From an uncultured Chloroflexia bacterium (GTDB lineage: Bacteria; Chloroflexota; Limnocylindria; Limnocylindrales; CSP1-4), in NCBI GenBank assembly GCA_963749705.1, contig CAVVNQ010000016.1, positions 1 through 64,000 on the forward strand: a stretch of DNA of 64,000 bases, in the 5' to 3' direction. This document shows positions 1-9,344 of the stretch, piece by piece. Under the pieces are notes generated by a model. That model saw nothing but the letters and a program-made list of their open reading frames with translations, was not told where the DNA came from and did not search any database. A program made the translations under genes and the position numbers. Position 1 is the stretch's first letter; the number at the start of each line of letters is the position of its first letter.

Positions 1-349
1 GCGGACCACCGCCGGAGCCACCGCTGACCACGAACCGGTCGATCTCGAGGGCCTCGGTCAGTCGCTCGAGGTCCGGGATGATGTCGGCCACCCGGCGCCC
101 GCGAAGCCGGCTCGACGCTCCGTAGCCCGGTCGGTCGATCGTGATCCGCCGCAATCCGTGCCGGCGGTAGATGTCCGGGTCCTCCCACCATGACATCCGG
201 CCACCCGGCGTGCCATGGAGCGTGATGAGCGGGATGCCAGCCGGGTCGCCCCACTCGGCCGCGGCCAGCACTCGTCCGTCGGGCAGCGAGACCCGGTGCT
301 CGATGTGCTCCGGGACGGGTGCCGGGGCGGGTGCGGTGTCGGCGACCAT
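1..349 (-). CDS. Alpha/beta hydrolase (5' part; runs off the window start)
   Basis: Not in the ORF track. Reverse strand reads MVADTAPAP...LPDGRVLAAAEWGDPAGIPLITLHGTPG...IDRPGYGASS...VVSGGSGGGP (oxyanion HG, DRPGYG motif, GxSGG nucleophile elbow). GGAGG RBS upstream. Confidence 0.85.
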   Translation of the reverse strand, partial: MVADTAPAPAPVPEHIEHRVSLPDGRVLAAAEWGDPAGIPLITLHGTPGGRMSWWEDPDIYRRHGLRRITIDRPGYGASSRLRGRRVADIIPDLERLTEALEIDRFVVSGGSGGGP

Positions 350-478
350 GTGGCTCCTCCAGGTGGGCCGCGGATCTGCGATGGACGCCCGACCTCGGCT
401 GCGGTGCACGATGCCGTGCCGTGGGCCATCGCGCAATCCCCACGCTATGGTGAGCACGCGATCCCATCGGAGACTGAC

Positions 479-1075
479 ATGAGTCGAATCGTTGTCATGA
501 ATCACGTCACCCTGGACGGCGTCATGCAGGGGCCGGCGCGGTCCGGAGAGGACCCCCGGGGTGGGTTCACCCACAGCGGCTGGGGCCTCAGGCACCCGCA
601 GTCCGCCGAAGCGATCAGCGGGGCGATGAGCGAGCGGATGGCCGCCGGCGGCGGCCTGAACGGGTGGTTGTTCGGGCGGTGGACGTACGAGGACCTGCTG
701 GCCGCGTGGAACGCCCGGGGTGGCCCGTTCAAGGACGCGCTCAACGCCGCACCCAAGTACGTCGCCTCGACCACGCTCACCGAGCCACTGTCGTGGCCCA
801 ACTCGACGCTGCTGCATGGCGACATCGCCGACGCTGTCGGCAAGCTCAAGGCACAGACCGACGGCGTGCTGGGCGTCATGGGCAGCGGGTCGCTGATCGC
901 GTCGCTCATGGCGACCGACCTGATCGATGAGTACCTGCTGTTCATCCACCCCCTGGTGCTCGGCAGCGGACGACGGCTGTTCCCGGACGGCATGGAGGTG
1001 ACGCTCCAGCTTGCCAGGGGCGCCGTCACCTCCGCCGGCGTGGTGATCGCAAGCTACGAGCCGGTACGGGGGTAG
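479..1075 (+). CDS. Dihydrofolate reductase family (RibD C-terminal domain) protein
   Basis: MSRIVVMNHVTLDGVMQGP, LFGRWTYE, KYVASTTL, GSGSL, LIDEYLLFIHPLVLGSGRRLF are typical motifs. GGAG precedes ATG 479. Confidence 0.9.
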   Translation: MSRIVVMNHVTLDGVMQGPARSGEDPRGGFTHSGWGLRHPQSAEAISGAMSERMAAGGGLNGWLFGRWTYEDLLAAWNARGGPFKDALNAAPKYVASTTLTEPLSWPNSTLLHGDIADAVGKLKAQTDGVLGVMGSGSLIASLMATDLIDEYLLFIHPLVLGSGRRLFPDGMEVTLQLARGAVTSAGVVIASYEPVRG

Positions 1076-1158
1076 CGGCCGAGGTGATCCGAAGCCCGGC
1101 GACCTGAGCTCATCCGCCGGTCCGGCGAGCGAGCCGGCGACGGTCCGCTCGCTGGTCG

Positions 1159-1608
1159 TCAGGGCTGGTCGCGCGCGGTCGCGGTCGGCAGGCGTGCCAC
1201 GCCGTCGCGCAGCGCCCGGAGGTCGGCCTCGTCGAGCTCGAGCAGCTCTGGCGGCGCCTCGTACATCTGGCGCAGCATCTCGTCCCGCATCCGGACCCCC
1301 GCCGGGGTCAGGGCGACCATCCGGCGCCGCCGGTCCGTGGCGTGGGCATGCCGCTCGGCGAGGCCCTTGCGCTCCAGGCGATCGACGATCCAGGTGGTCG
1401 TCGATGCATCGCACGACCACGCGTCGGCCAGCGAGCGCATCGATCGGCCGGGCTGGACGTCGAGCGTCGTGAGCGCCCGGCTGTCGTTGACCGTCAGGCC
1501 GAGGTTGGCGAGGACCCGCGTCCGTTGCCATGCGGTGGCACCGACGAAGTCGAGAATCGATCGCCAGGCATCTGCGGCCAGCGCCGGCCGAGTCTCCTGC
1601 GTCCCCAT
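1159..1608 (-). CDS. MarR family transcriptional regulator
   Basis: wHTH with TTTWIVDRLERKGLAER...DRRRRMVALTPAG. Confidence 0.9.
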   Translation of the reverse strand: MGTQETRPALAADAWRSILDFVGATAWQRTRVLANLGLTVNDSRALTTLDVQPGRSMRSLADAWSCDASTTTWIVDRLERKGLAERHAHATDRRRRMVALTPAGVRMRDEMLRQMYEAPPELLELDEADLRALRDGVARLPTATARDQP

Positions 1609-1668
1609 CTGCCCAGCCTACCCGATCTCGTGTCAGGTCGTCGCAGTGATCCGATTACCCGAGCAGCA

Positions 1669-1694
1669 AGATCATTTGACGACTCAAAGCATCT
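1669..1694. promoter_or_regulatory. Palindromic candidate MarR operator between divergent genes
   Basis: AGATcaTTTGAcgacTCAAAgcATCT inverted repeat, AT-rich, between marR and the DUF2269-like gene. Confidence 0.55.
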
Positions 1695-1710
1695 GTGAGA
1701 AGGTGCCGGC

Positions 1711-2172
1711 ATGGACCTCACGACCTGGCTCCGGTTCGGACACATCCTGAGCGCCATCGTCTGGCTCGGGGGCGGCCTCGCCCTGAGCGTCATCGGCTCC
1801 CAGGCGCGTGCGCGTAGCGACTCGGCCACCATCCGCGACTTCGGCCGCATTCTGGGCTACGTCGGGCCGCGGGTCCTGACGCCCGGCGTCCTGGGCACGA
1901 TCGTGTTCGGGGTCGCGCTCGTCCTCAGCAGCAATGCCTGGGACTTCGGGCAGGGATGGATCCTGCTGGCACTGGCGCTGTTCGTGGTGGCGTTCGCGAT
2001 CGGGGTCGCCTACCTCGGCCGGATCGGGCTCGAGCTCGGCCGGCTCGACGCCGCGAGCGCACCCGCCGACGCAGCGCAGGACCTCATCGGCCGCTGGATC
2101 ATCGGCTACCGCGTCGTCCTCGTCGTCCTGGTCGTCATCGTCTGGGACATGGTGTTCAAGCCGGGGCTTTGA
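1711..2172 (+). CDS. DUF2269-like integral membrane protein
   Basis: HILSAIVWLGG start, 4 TM segments, C-terminal WDMVFKPG. Confidence 0.8.
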   Translation: MDLTTWLRFGHILSAIVWLGGGLALSVIGSQARARSDSATIRDFGRILGYVGPRVLTPGVLGTIVFGVALVLSSNAWDFGQGWILLALALFVVAFAIGVAYLGRIGLELGRLDAASAPADAAQDLIGRWIIGYRVVLVVLVVIVWDMVFKPGL

Positions 2173-2176
2173 TCCG

Positions 2177-3061
2177 ATGAAGCTCGGCCTGCACATTCCC
2201 GAGACGAGCTGGCAGGGCGGTCCAGCGCGCCTCGGCACGGTCATGCGCGACGTCGTCCAGTCGGCCGAAGCGGCCGGTTTCGGGACCATCGCCGTCGCCG
2301 ATCACGTGTGGCTGCACCCCATCATGGGTGGTCCTCTCGCGAACCACGTCGAGGCGTACACCACGCTCGGGTACATCGCCGCGCACACCGAGCGTGCGCG
2401 ATTGCTGGCCATGGCGACGGCCGCGTCCTACCGCCCGGCCGGACTCCTCGCCAAGATGGTCACGACGCTCGACGTCCTGTCCGGGGGCCGCGCCATGCTG
2501 GGGATCGGCTCCGGGGACTATGCCGACGAGGCCCGGGGCCTCGGGCTGCCGTTCCCGGCGACGGCCGGGGAGCGGTTCGACCTGCTCGAGGAGACGATCC
2601 GGGCGTGCCTCGAGATGTGGGATGGCGAGCGCGGCAGCGAGCGGGCGTTCGAGGGAGCGCATGTTCAGCTCGACCGGGCGCTCAACCTGCCGCAGAGCCT
2701 GAGCCGGCCCCACCCGCCGATCCTGATCGCCGGCAGCGGTGAGAAGCGGACGCTGCCGCTCGTCGCCCGCTACGCCACCGCGTGCAACATCTCGCCGACG
2801 CCCGAGCTCCCGCGGAAGCTCGACCTGCTCCGCCGGCTGTGCGACGAGCAGGGCCGGGACTACGCGGCGATCGAGAAGACGGTTCCGTTCGGGTTCGACG
2901 TCGGCGAGGACGGGGCGAAGGTGGGCGAGCTGATGGATCGGCTGCGCTGGCTGGCGGGCCTCGGCGTCGAGACGGTGATCGGCTGGGTTGTCGGCGTCGA
3001 CCGGATCCGGCCGATCGAGATCATGGGTCGCGAGGTGATCCCGGCGGCTGCGGAGCTGTAG
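2177..3061 (+). CDS. LLM class (probably F420-dependent) oxidoreductase
   Basis: AEAAGF..IAVADH, EAYTTLGYIAA, LAKMVTTLDVLSGGRAMLGIG, PPILIAGSGEKRTL. Confidence 0.9.
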   Translation: MKLGLHIPETSWQGGPARLGTVMRDVVQSAEAAGFGTIAVADHVWLHPIMGGPLANHVEAYTTLGYIAAHTERARLLAMATAASYRPAGLLAKMVTTLDVLSGGRAMLGIGSGDYADEARGLGLPFPATAGERFDLLEETIRACLEMWDGERGSERAFEGAHVQLDRALNLPQSLSRPHPPILIAGSGEKRTLPLVARYATACNISPTPELPRKLDLLRRLCDEQGRDYAAIEKTVPFGFDVGEDGAKVGELMDRLRWLAGLGVETVIGWVVGVDRIRPIEIMGREVIPAAAEL

Positions 3062-3159
3062 CGGTCGGGCGCGCGCGGGCGCGCGCGGGAGCCGGCGCGA
3101 GCGTGAAGGGCGCGCGTGCGCGCGTGGAGTGCCCGGCGCGCGGACCGGCAGGGCGCTCG

Positions 3160-3606
3160 CTAGCGCTGCCGGTCCGAGCCCTCGAGCATCCGCTTCAGGC
3201 CCTGGAGGGCGCCCTTCCAGGCGGCCGCGGAGGTCGCTACGGCCTCGTCCGACGGCAGGTTCTGCTCGGTGATCGTCAGCTCAGTGCCGGCCCCATCGCC
3301 CGCAAGATCCCAGCTGACGATCTCGTGGTTCTCGGGTCGGTCGTCCTTGCCGGAAACCTCGCTCCAGTGGGAGTGCACCAGCCTTCGGGGCGGCGCGAAC
3401 TCCAGGATCTCGCCCCGGTCGACGTACGGCTTTCCCTGGTACTCGCCGCGATGGACGAGCTTGCCGCCGACCTTCCAATCGGCCTCCGTGTCCACGCCGA
3501 AGAACCATCGCTTGATCAGGACCGGCGTCGTCACGGCCCGCCAGACCTCCTCGATCGGGGCATCGATCCGAACGGAGCTGACCGACTCTCGTGTCGACGT
3601 GGGCAT
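3160..3606 (-). CDS. SRPBCC/Aha1 domain protein
   Basis: IDAPIEEVWRAVT...WFFG...DWKVGG...PPRRLVHSHW...W..AL..LK..LE; GAGGAGG RBS. Confidence 0.88.
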   Translation of the reverse strand: MPTSTRESVSSVRIDAPIEEVWRAVTTPVLIKRWFFGVDTEADWKVGGKLVHRGEYQGKPYVDRGEILEFAPPRRLVHSHWSEVSGKDDRPENHEIVSWDLAGDGAGTELTITEQNLPSDEAVATSAAAWKGALQGLKRMLEGSDRQR

Positions 3607-3872
3607 GACAACCTCCTCGCTTCGAGCAGGGAACATCGTGGCACTCGACACAAGCCCCTGAGGTTGCCGGACGGCGGTTTGCGGTTGCATGGCCCTCACA
3701 TTGGTGGGCGGCGCAGCTCGAGACCGTGGGCGGCGCAGCTCGCTTCACAGGGTGATCCTCAAGCCCGCTGGCGCGGCGAGAGCCGGCACGAGCCGCTGTC
3801 GCTCGCCGTGAACGCCCCATGTTCAAACGCTGCGGAAGGGCGAGCCGACGGGCCGTCGGTGGACACTGGTCG

Positions 3873-3921
3873 ACGCGCCTGGTCGCCTCGTGGACGCGCC
3901 TGGTCGCCTCGTGAACGCGCC
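3873..3921. repeat. 21-bp tandem direct repeat (~2.3 copies)
   Basis: Unit acgcgcctggtcgcctcgtg(g/a), repeated in an intergenic region. Confidence 0.8.
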
Positions 3922-4307
3922 ATGTGCACGAGGGCCGCCAAGCCCAGCGGCCCGCCCCTCGTTCGGATAGCGCCCGTCACTGGCGAGCTCGGTAACCGCT
4001 GAATGCACATGTCGCGATCATGTGCGGGACTTACGCGGCGCGCGACCTCCCGGCGATCCGGCGCCCGCGCCGTCCCTGCCCTTCGGCGAAGCTCGGCTCA
4101 GCCGCTCGGCAGGCGGGTGCTCCCGGCCGGGTCAACGAGGGGCGCAGCGCTCGACCAGGTACGTTCGATTGGGGTCTGCGCTGATCGTGGCCACGGCCGC
4201 ACTCTAGCCGCCCCGGGCCACGAGGCGCCTCAGAGGAAACCCCACAACTTCGACGAAACGGAGACGCCGAGCGCGGCGACGTCCAGCGATTCGCCACGCG
4301 GCCGAAG

Positions 4308-5330
4308 TCATCCGACTCGGCCCGGCCGGACAGCCAACGCGACCGCGTCGGTCGAACCGGGTCCGAGGAGCTCGACGAGTGGCAGGGCGCTGGCCTGTGC
4401 GGCTGCCAGGTCGCCATGAACGACGGCGTCCTGGATGGCCGCGTGGAGGCGATCGATGTCAGTCTCGCTGTTCCCTGCCCCGCTGCCGGGTCGCCTGAGA
4501 ATGTCGATCTCGACCAGGTTCCGTATGCGGACGACGAAGTACGGGTCAGCTGTCGCCGGACACCACACGACCAGGTGCCCGCTTCCGTCGTCAACGGTCG
4601 CGCGACTTCCCTCTGCGCCTCCGGCCAGCCCCACGATCGTCCCGGCGACGGTCGCATGCATTGACGATGCCTCGAGGAAACTGCGGATCGTGGTCGTTGC
4701 CCCGCGCGGCGCGGCGGCCGCGACGTCGACGCCGAACGCCCGCTGCCACGATTCGGGCCAGGAGAGCGGGCTGTGCAGGTCCACGGAATCGATCCCGGGA
4801 TCGAAGGCCCCACCAGCAGCCGCTTCCTCATTGCGGGTGCGGACGATCGCTTCCCAGGCGTCATGGTCGAGGACCTCGAGGTATTGGTGCTCCTCCCGCC
4901 ACTGAAAGATCCGTCGGTCGAGCGCGTCGGCGGCCGCCCCGAAGGCGACGGCCAGGGTCCGGAAGCGGAGCTTCGCGGGTTCTGCGTCGTAGGCCCAGCT
5001 CCAGATGGCGCTCTCCCGCTCGTCGCCGACGAGCCCGGCGGAGAGATACCCGTGGCTCTCATACGCGATCGGAAAGATGGGGAGGCTCTCTTCCTGCCAG
5101 AAGTCCAGCGCCAATCGCGCATCGATCCAGGACGGGTACGGCATCGCCGGAGGAGACTGGAGACGCCGCCACATCGCGAGCACGTCGTCGGACAGTCGCA
5201 TCGGGGCGATGGCGGTGCGGACTGCCTCGAGATCCCGTTCGAGCGCTGGGCCGTTGGGTTCGGGTGCGCCAGCCCGCTCTGCAGCCGAGAGGTATCGATC
5301 GATGGCAGTGTCGATCGCCGGACGACCCAT
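4308..5330 (-). CDS. Hypothetical protein; N-terminus SMI1/KNR4 (SUKH)-like, C-terminus possibly OB-fold
   Basis: Long ORF with normal protein composition; 'DLEAVRTAIAPMRLSDDVLAMWR...IFPIAYE...AIWSWAY...FRTLA..F' pattern. Start may be 5345. TAGAAT -10 upstream. Confidence 0.6.
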   Translation of the reverse strand: MGRPAIDTAIDRYLSAAERAGAPEPNGPALERDLEAVRTAIAPMRLSDDVLAMWRRLQSPPAMPYPSWIDARLALDFWQEESLPIFPIAYESHGYLSAGLVGDERESAIWSWAYDAEPAKLRFRTLAVAFGAAADALDRRIFQWREEHQYLEVLDHDAWEAIVRTRNEEAAAGGAFDPGIDSVDLHSPLSWPESWQRAFGVDVAAAAPRGATTTIRSFLEASSMHATVAGTIVGLAGGAEGSRATVDDGSGHLVVWCPATADPYFVVRIRNLVEIDILRRPGSGAGNSETDIDRLHAAIQDAVVHGDLAAAQASALPLVELLGPGSTDAVALAVRPGRVG

Positions 5331-5573
5331 GGATACGGCCCCCACGCTCCGAACGTACGCGAGATTCTAGCCTCGGCGAAACGTGCAGAGGCTCCAGCTC
5401 ATGGTAGTCATGGCAGGCTGAGCGACGCAGATGCGCTTTTCCGGAACTGTCCGGATCCGGACGGTGACCGCCGTCGCTCAATCATCAGCTGTTCGAGGGC
5501 CGTGCGTGCCTCGTGAGCACGACATCAGCGAGTCCCGCTGAGCGCGAATGGCCGATGACTCCTGAGCATCACC

Positions 5574-5579
5574 TATAAT
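5574..5579 (+). promoter_or_regulatory. -10 box of the tRNA promoter
   Basis: Perfect TATAAT 9 nt upstream of the tRNA. Confidence 0.6.
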
Positions 5580-5588
5580 CACGCTCGC

Positions 5589-5663
5589 GCCGACATAGCT
5601 CAGTGGTAGAGCAGCTGTTTCGTAAACAGCAGGTCCTCGGTTCAAATCCGAGTGTCGGCTCCA
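5589..5663 (+). tRNA. tRNA-Thr(CGT)
   Basis: Acceptor stem GCCGACA/TGTCGGC, D-arm AGCTCAGTGGTAGAGC, anticodon stem GCTGT/ACAGC with loop TTCGTAA, T-loop GGTTCAAATCC, encoded CCA. Confidence 0.97.
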
Positions 5664-5794
5664 TTCCCCTCTTTCGTGCTCCGGTAACCCCGCTGCCTGG
5701 ACTCCGGGCCGATGCCTGCCCGGGGCGGGCTCGCCACAACGCTCGAGGGTGCGTGCTTCGGGAATGCCGGCGTCGGCCTCGTCGAGGCGGGCGC

Positions 5795-6232
5795 TCAGCC
5801 GAGTTCCTGGGCGAGTCCGACGAGCAGTCCTCCAGGTCCGCGGATGTAGCACAGCCGGTACGTGTCTTCGTACTGGACCACGTCGCCGACGAGCTGCGCA
5901 CCGCGCCCCCGGAGCCGTGCCAGCGTGTCGTCGATGTCGTCCACCGCGAACATCACCCGGAGGTAGCCGAGGGCGTTGACCGGCGCGTTCCGATGGTCCG
6001 AGTCGACAGGCGGCCGGAGGAAGCGCGAAAGCTCGAGCCGACCATGGCCGTCGGGCGTCCGCATCATCGCGACCTCGACCTGCTGATCGCCAAGTCCGGT
6101 GACACGCCCGGCCCAGGGACCTTCGATCACGCCCCGGCCCTCGAGCTCCAGACCGAGCTCGACGAAGAAGTCCACCGTGGCGTCGAGATCATCGACAACG
6201 ACGCCCATGTTGTCCATCCGTTTGACTGCCAT
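5795..6232 (-). CDS. VOC/glyoxalase family protein
   Basis: MDNMGVVVDDLDATVDFFVELGL...RLELSRF...LCYIRGPGG. Confidence 0.9.
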   Translation of the reverse strand: MAVKRMDNMGVVVDDLDATVDFFVELGLELEGRGVIEGPWAGRVTGLGDQQVEVAMMRTPDGHGRLELSRFLRPPVDSDHRNAPVNALGYLRVMFAVDDIDDTLARLRGRGAQLVGDVVQYEDTYRLCYIRGPGGLLVGLAQELG

Positions 6233-6438
6233 GACTCCAGCCTACGGCTTCTGGGGGTGCGGGGCAGCCAGGCCTCGTCAGGGGCGCGAGCCGGATCGGC
6301 CCAGGCCCCAGAGCACGGTCACGTAGCCGGCGCCTCGTCGAGCCAGCGTACGCGGCGCCGCGCAGTCCGTCAGGAATGGAGAAGCCACCGGCGCGGCCGT
6401 GCGTCAGACTCCGCCGCAACCGAACACAGGAGCGAGTC

Positions 6439-6903
6439 ATGTCCTACACCGTCGATTTCACCAACGTCTCGACCACCGGCCTCGAAACGTCGCCGGTGGC
6501 CACCGCGCTCGCGGGGCTGCGGGCGAACGAGGCCCGCTACTTCAGGAACAAGTACGACCACGAGTTCACCGTGCAGCCGGCAGGCGAGGCCGGCGAGATC
6601 ATCGACTACGTCGCCCGCATCCTGCGGGAGGAGCGCGACCTCGTGATCGAGTCTCGCCCGCTCGAGGCGACCGAGTTCCAGGTCGAGAACATCCGGTGGT
6701 CGTACGTGTTCTACGAGAACGGCCTGTCGATCAACGTGCTGTACACGCTCGACGACCCGAAGAAGCGGGCGGTCGGGTTCAAGCTGTCCGACGGCATGGA
6801 GGTGCCGACCGAGCTGGCCACGCGGTTCAAGTTCGCGCGGCAGAAGTCGAAGCTGGCCGGGACCATCCGCGGCACGTTCTTCGTGATCAAGGGCGAGTAC
6901 TGA
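6439..6903 (+). CDS. Conserved hypothetical protein (family often loosely labelled 'phage tail protein')
   Basis: Strong codon bias, AGGAG RBS; LAGLRANEARYF, KRAVGFKLSDGME, KFARQKSKLAGTIRG motifs recalled from a family of unknown function. Confidence 0.75.
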   Translation: MSYTVDFTNVSTTGLETSPVATALAGLRANEARYFRNKYDHEFTVQPAGEAGEIIDYVARILREERDLVIESRPLEATEFQVENIRWSYVFYENGLSINVLYTLDDPKKRAVGFKLSDGMEVPTELATRFKFARQKSKLAGTIRGTFFVIKGEY

Positions 6904-6920
6904 CCCGTGGGGCTTGCCAC

Positions 6921-7496
6921 ATGACAGACGATCGGGCGGTCGAACAATTCGCGAGCCAGGCTGCGTTCCGATCCTGGCTGGCCGCCAACCACGCAACATC
7001 CGAGGGCATCTGGCTGAGGATCGCGAAGAAGGGCGTCGTCGTCTCCACGGTCACGTACGACGAGGCACTCGATGTCGCGCTGATCTTCGGCTGGATCGAT
7101 GGGCAGAAGCGAGCCCTGGACGCGACGTTCTGGCTGCAGGCCTTCGCTCGGCGGGGACCACGAAGCATCTGGTCGAAGCGCAACCGCGAGAAGGCGCAGG
7201 CCCTGATCGATGCAGGCCTGATGGAGCCCAGCGGGCTTGCCGCCGTTGAGCAGGCCAAGGCAAACGGCCGATGGGCCAACGCCTATGACGGCCAGCGTGA
7301 CGCTCAGGAGCCCTCGGACCTGATGGCCGCACTGGCCGCCAAGCCGGCCGCGCTCGAGTTCTACCGGACGCTCGACCGCGCGAATCGCTACGCAATCCTG
7401 TACCGGATCCAGGACGCAAAGCGACCCGAGACCAGGGCGGCACGCATCGCCAGGCTCACGGCAATGCTGGATCGCGGCGAGAAGATCTACCCGTAG
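6921..7496 (+). CDS. YdeI/OmpD-associated (bacteriocin-protection) family protein
   Basis: FRSWLAANH, EALDVALIFGWIDG, SIWSKRNRE, AKRPETRAARI. Confidence 0.9.
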   Translation: MTDDRAVEQFASQAAFRSWLAANHATSEGIWLRIAKKGVVVSTVTYDEALDVALIFGWIDGQKRALDATFWLQAFARRGPRSIWSKRNREKAQALIDAGLMEPSGLAAVEQAKANGRWANAYDGQRDAQEPSDLMAALAAKPAALEFYRTLDRANRYAILYRIQDAKRPETRAARIARLTAMLDRGEKIYP

Positions 7497-7674
7497 TCTC
7501 CTGGACCTGGCAGCCGGCGGGGTTACGGGCGGGCGCGCCTGCGACGGCCGGGCACTGTCGATGGCCGGGCACGTTGCACCTGGTCAGGTCGCGAAGTTGA
7601 CGACGGTCGGGACATTCGGCCCGTCCGGTCGGGACCCTCGACCGCTGCCCATCTTGACCGCCGCCGTATTCTTA

Positions 7675-7689
7675 GACCGACAGTCGGTC
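7675..7689. promoter_or_regulatory. Candidate TetR operator
   Basis: Perfect palindrome GACCGAC-A-GTCGGTC 20 nt upstream of tetR. Confidence 0.7.
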
Positions 7690-7709
7690 CATTATTCGGA
7701 GGTCCATCC

Positions 7710-8393
7710 ATGGCTCGAACGCTCGACCCGGCCGCACACGCGGTCCGGCGCGAGGCGTTCATCGAGACCGCCCAGCGGTTGATCCAGGCGCGCGGCTACG
7801 AGCGGATGAGCATCCAGGACGTCCTCGACGACGTCGGTGCCTCGCGCGGCGCGTTCTATCACTACTTCGACGGCAAGCTGGCGCTGCTCGACGCGGTGGT
7901 CGAGCGGATGACCGATGACGCATGGCGGATGCTCGGCGAGACGGTCGACGATCCCGGCCGGCCGGCCGTCGAGAAGCTCCAGGCGTTCTTCGACAACATC
8001 GCCGACTGGAAATGGGAGCGACGCGACCTGGTGCTCGGCATCCTCGAGGTCTGGGTGTCGGACGACAACGCCATCGTTCGCGAGAAGTTCCGGCGCCGGA
8101 CGAAGATCCGCGTCCGCCCGCTGTTCGCGCGCATCGTCCGCCAGGGATGCGACGAGGGAACGATGCAGGTCGACGATCCGGAGGCGGCGGCAGGCGTGCT
8201 GGCGACCCTGGTCCTCGGCGTCAATGAGGCCGCGACTGAGATGTTCATCGAATTCCAGGCGGGGCAGAGCAGCCTCGACCAGATGGAGGACCGGCTGTTC
8301 GGCTACTTCACCGCCTTCGAACGCATCGCCGGGGTCGCGCCCGGTTCGATCGCCCCCTTCCAGCGGGGGTTGTTGACCCAGTGGTTCGGATGA
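7710..8393 (+). CDS. TetR/AcrR family regulator
   Basis: N-terminal HTH: RGYERMSIQDVLDDVGASRGAFYHYFDGK. Confidence 0.93.
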   Translation: MARTLDPAAHAVRREAFIETAQRLIQARGYERMSIQDVLDDVGASRGAFYHYFDGKLALLDAVVERMTDDAWRMLGETVDDPGRPAVEKLQAFFDNIADWKWERRDLVLGILEVWVSDDNAIVREKFRRRTKIRVRPLFARIVRQGCDEGTMQVDDPEAAAGVLATLVLGVNEAATEMFIEFQAGQSSLDQMEDRLFGYFTAFERIAGVAPGSIAPFQRGLLTQWFG

Positions 8394-8435
8394 TCAACGG
8401 CGTCCCGAACCCCAACCAGCGAGGAACAGCTCCGC

Positions 8436-9340
<905 letters not shown>

Positions 9341-9344
<4 letters not shown>

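Noticed and set aside
3873-3921. CRISPR array
   Set aside because: The repeats are directly adjacent with no spacers, there are only ~2 copies, and no cas genes are present.
5589-6903. Prophage or integrative element at tRNA-Thr
   Set aside because: No integrase, no duplicated tRNA 3' end noticed, and no phage structural cluster; the 'tail protein'-like gene is isolated.
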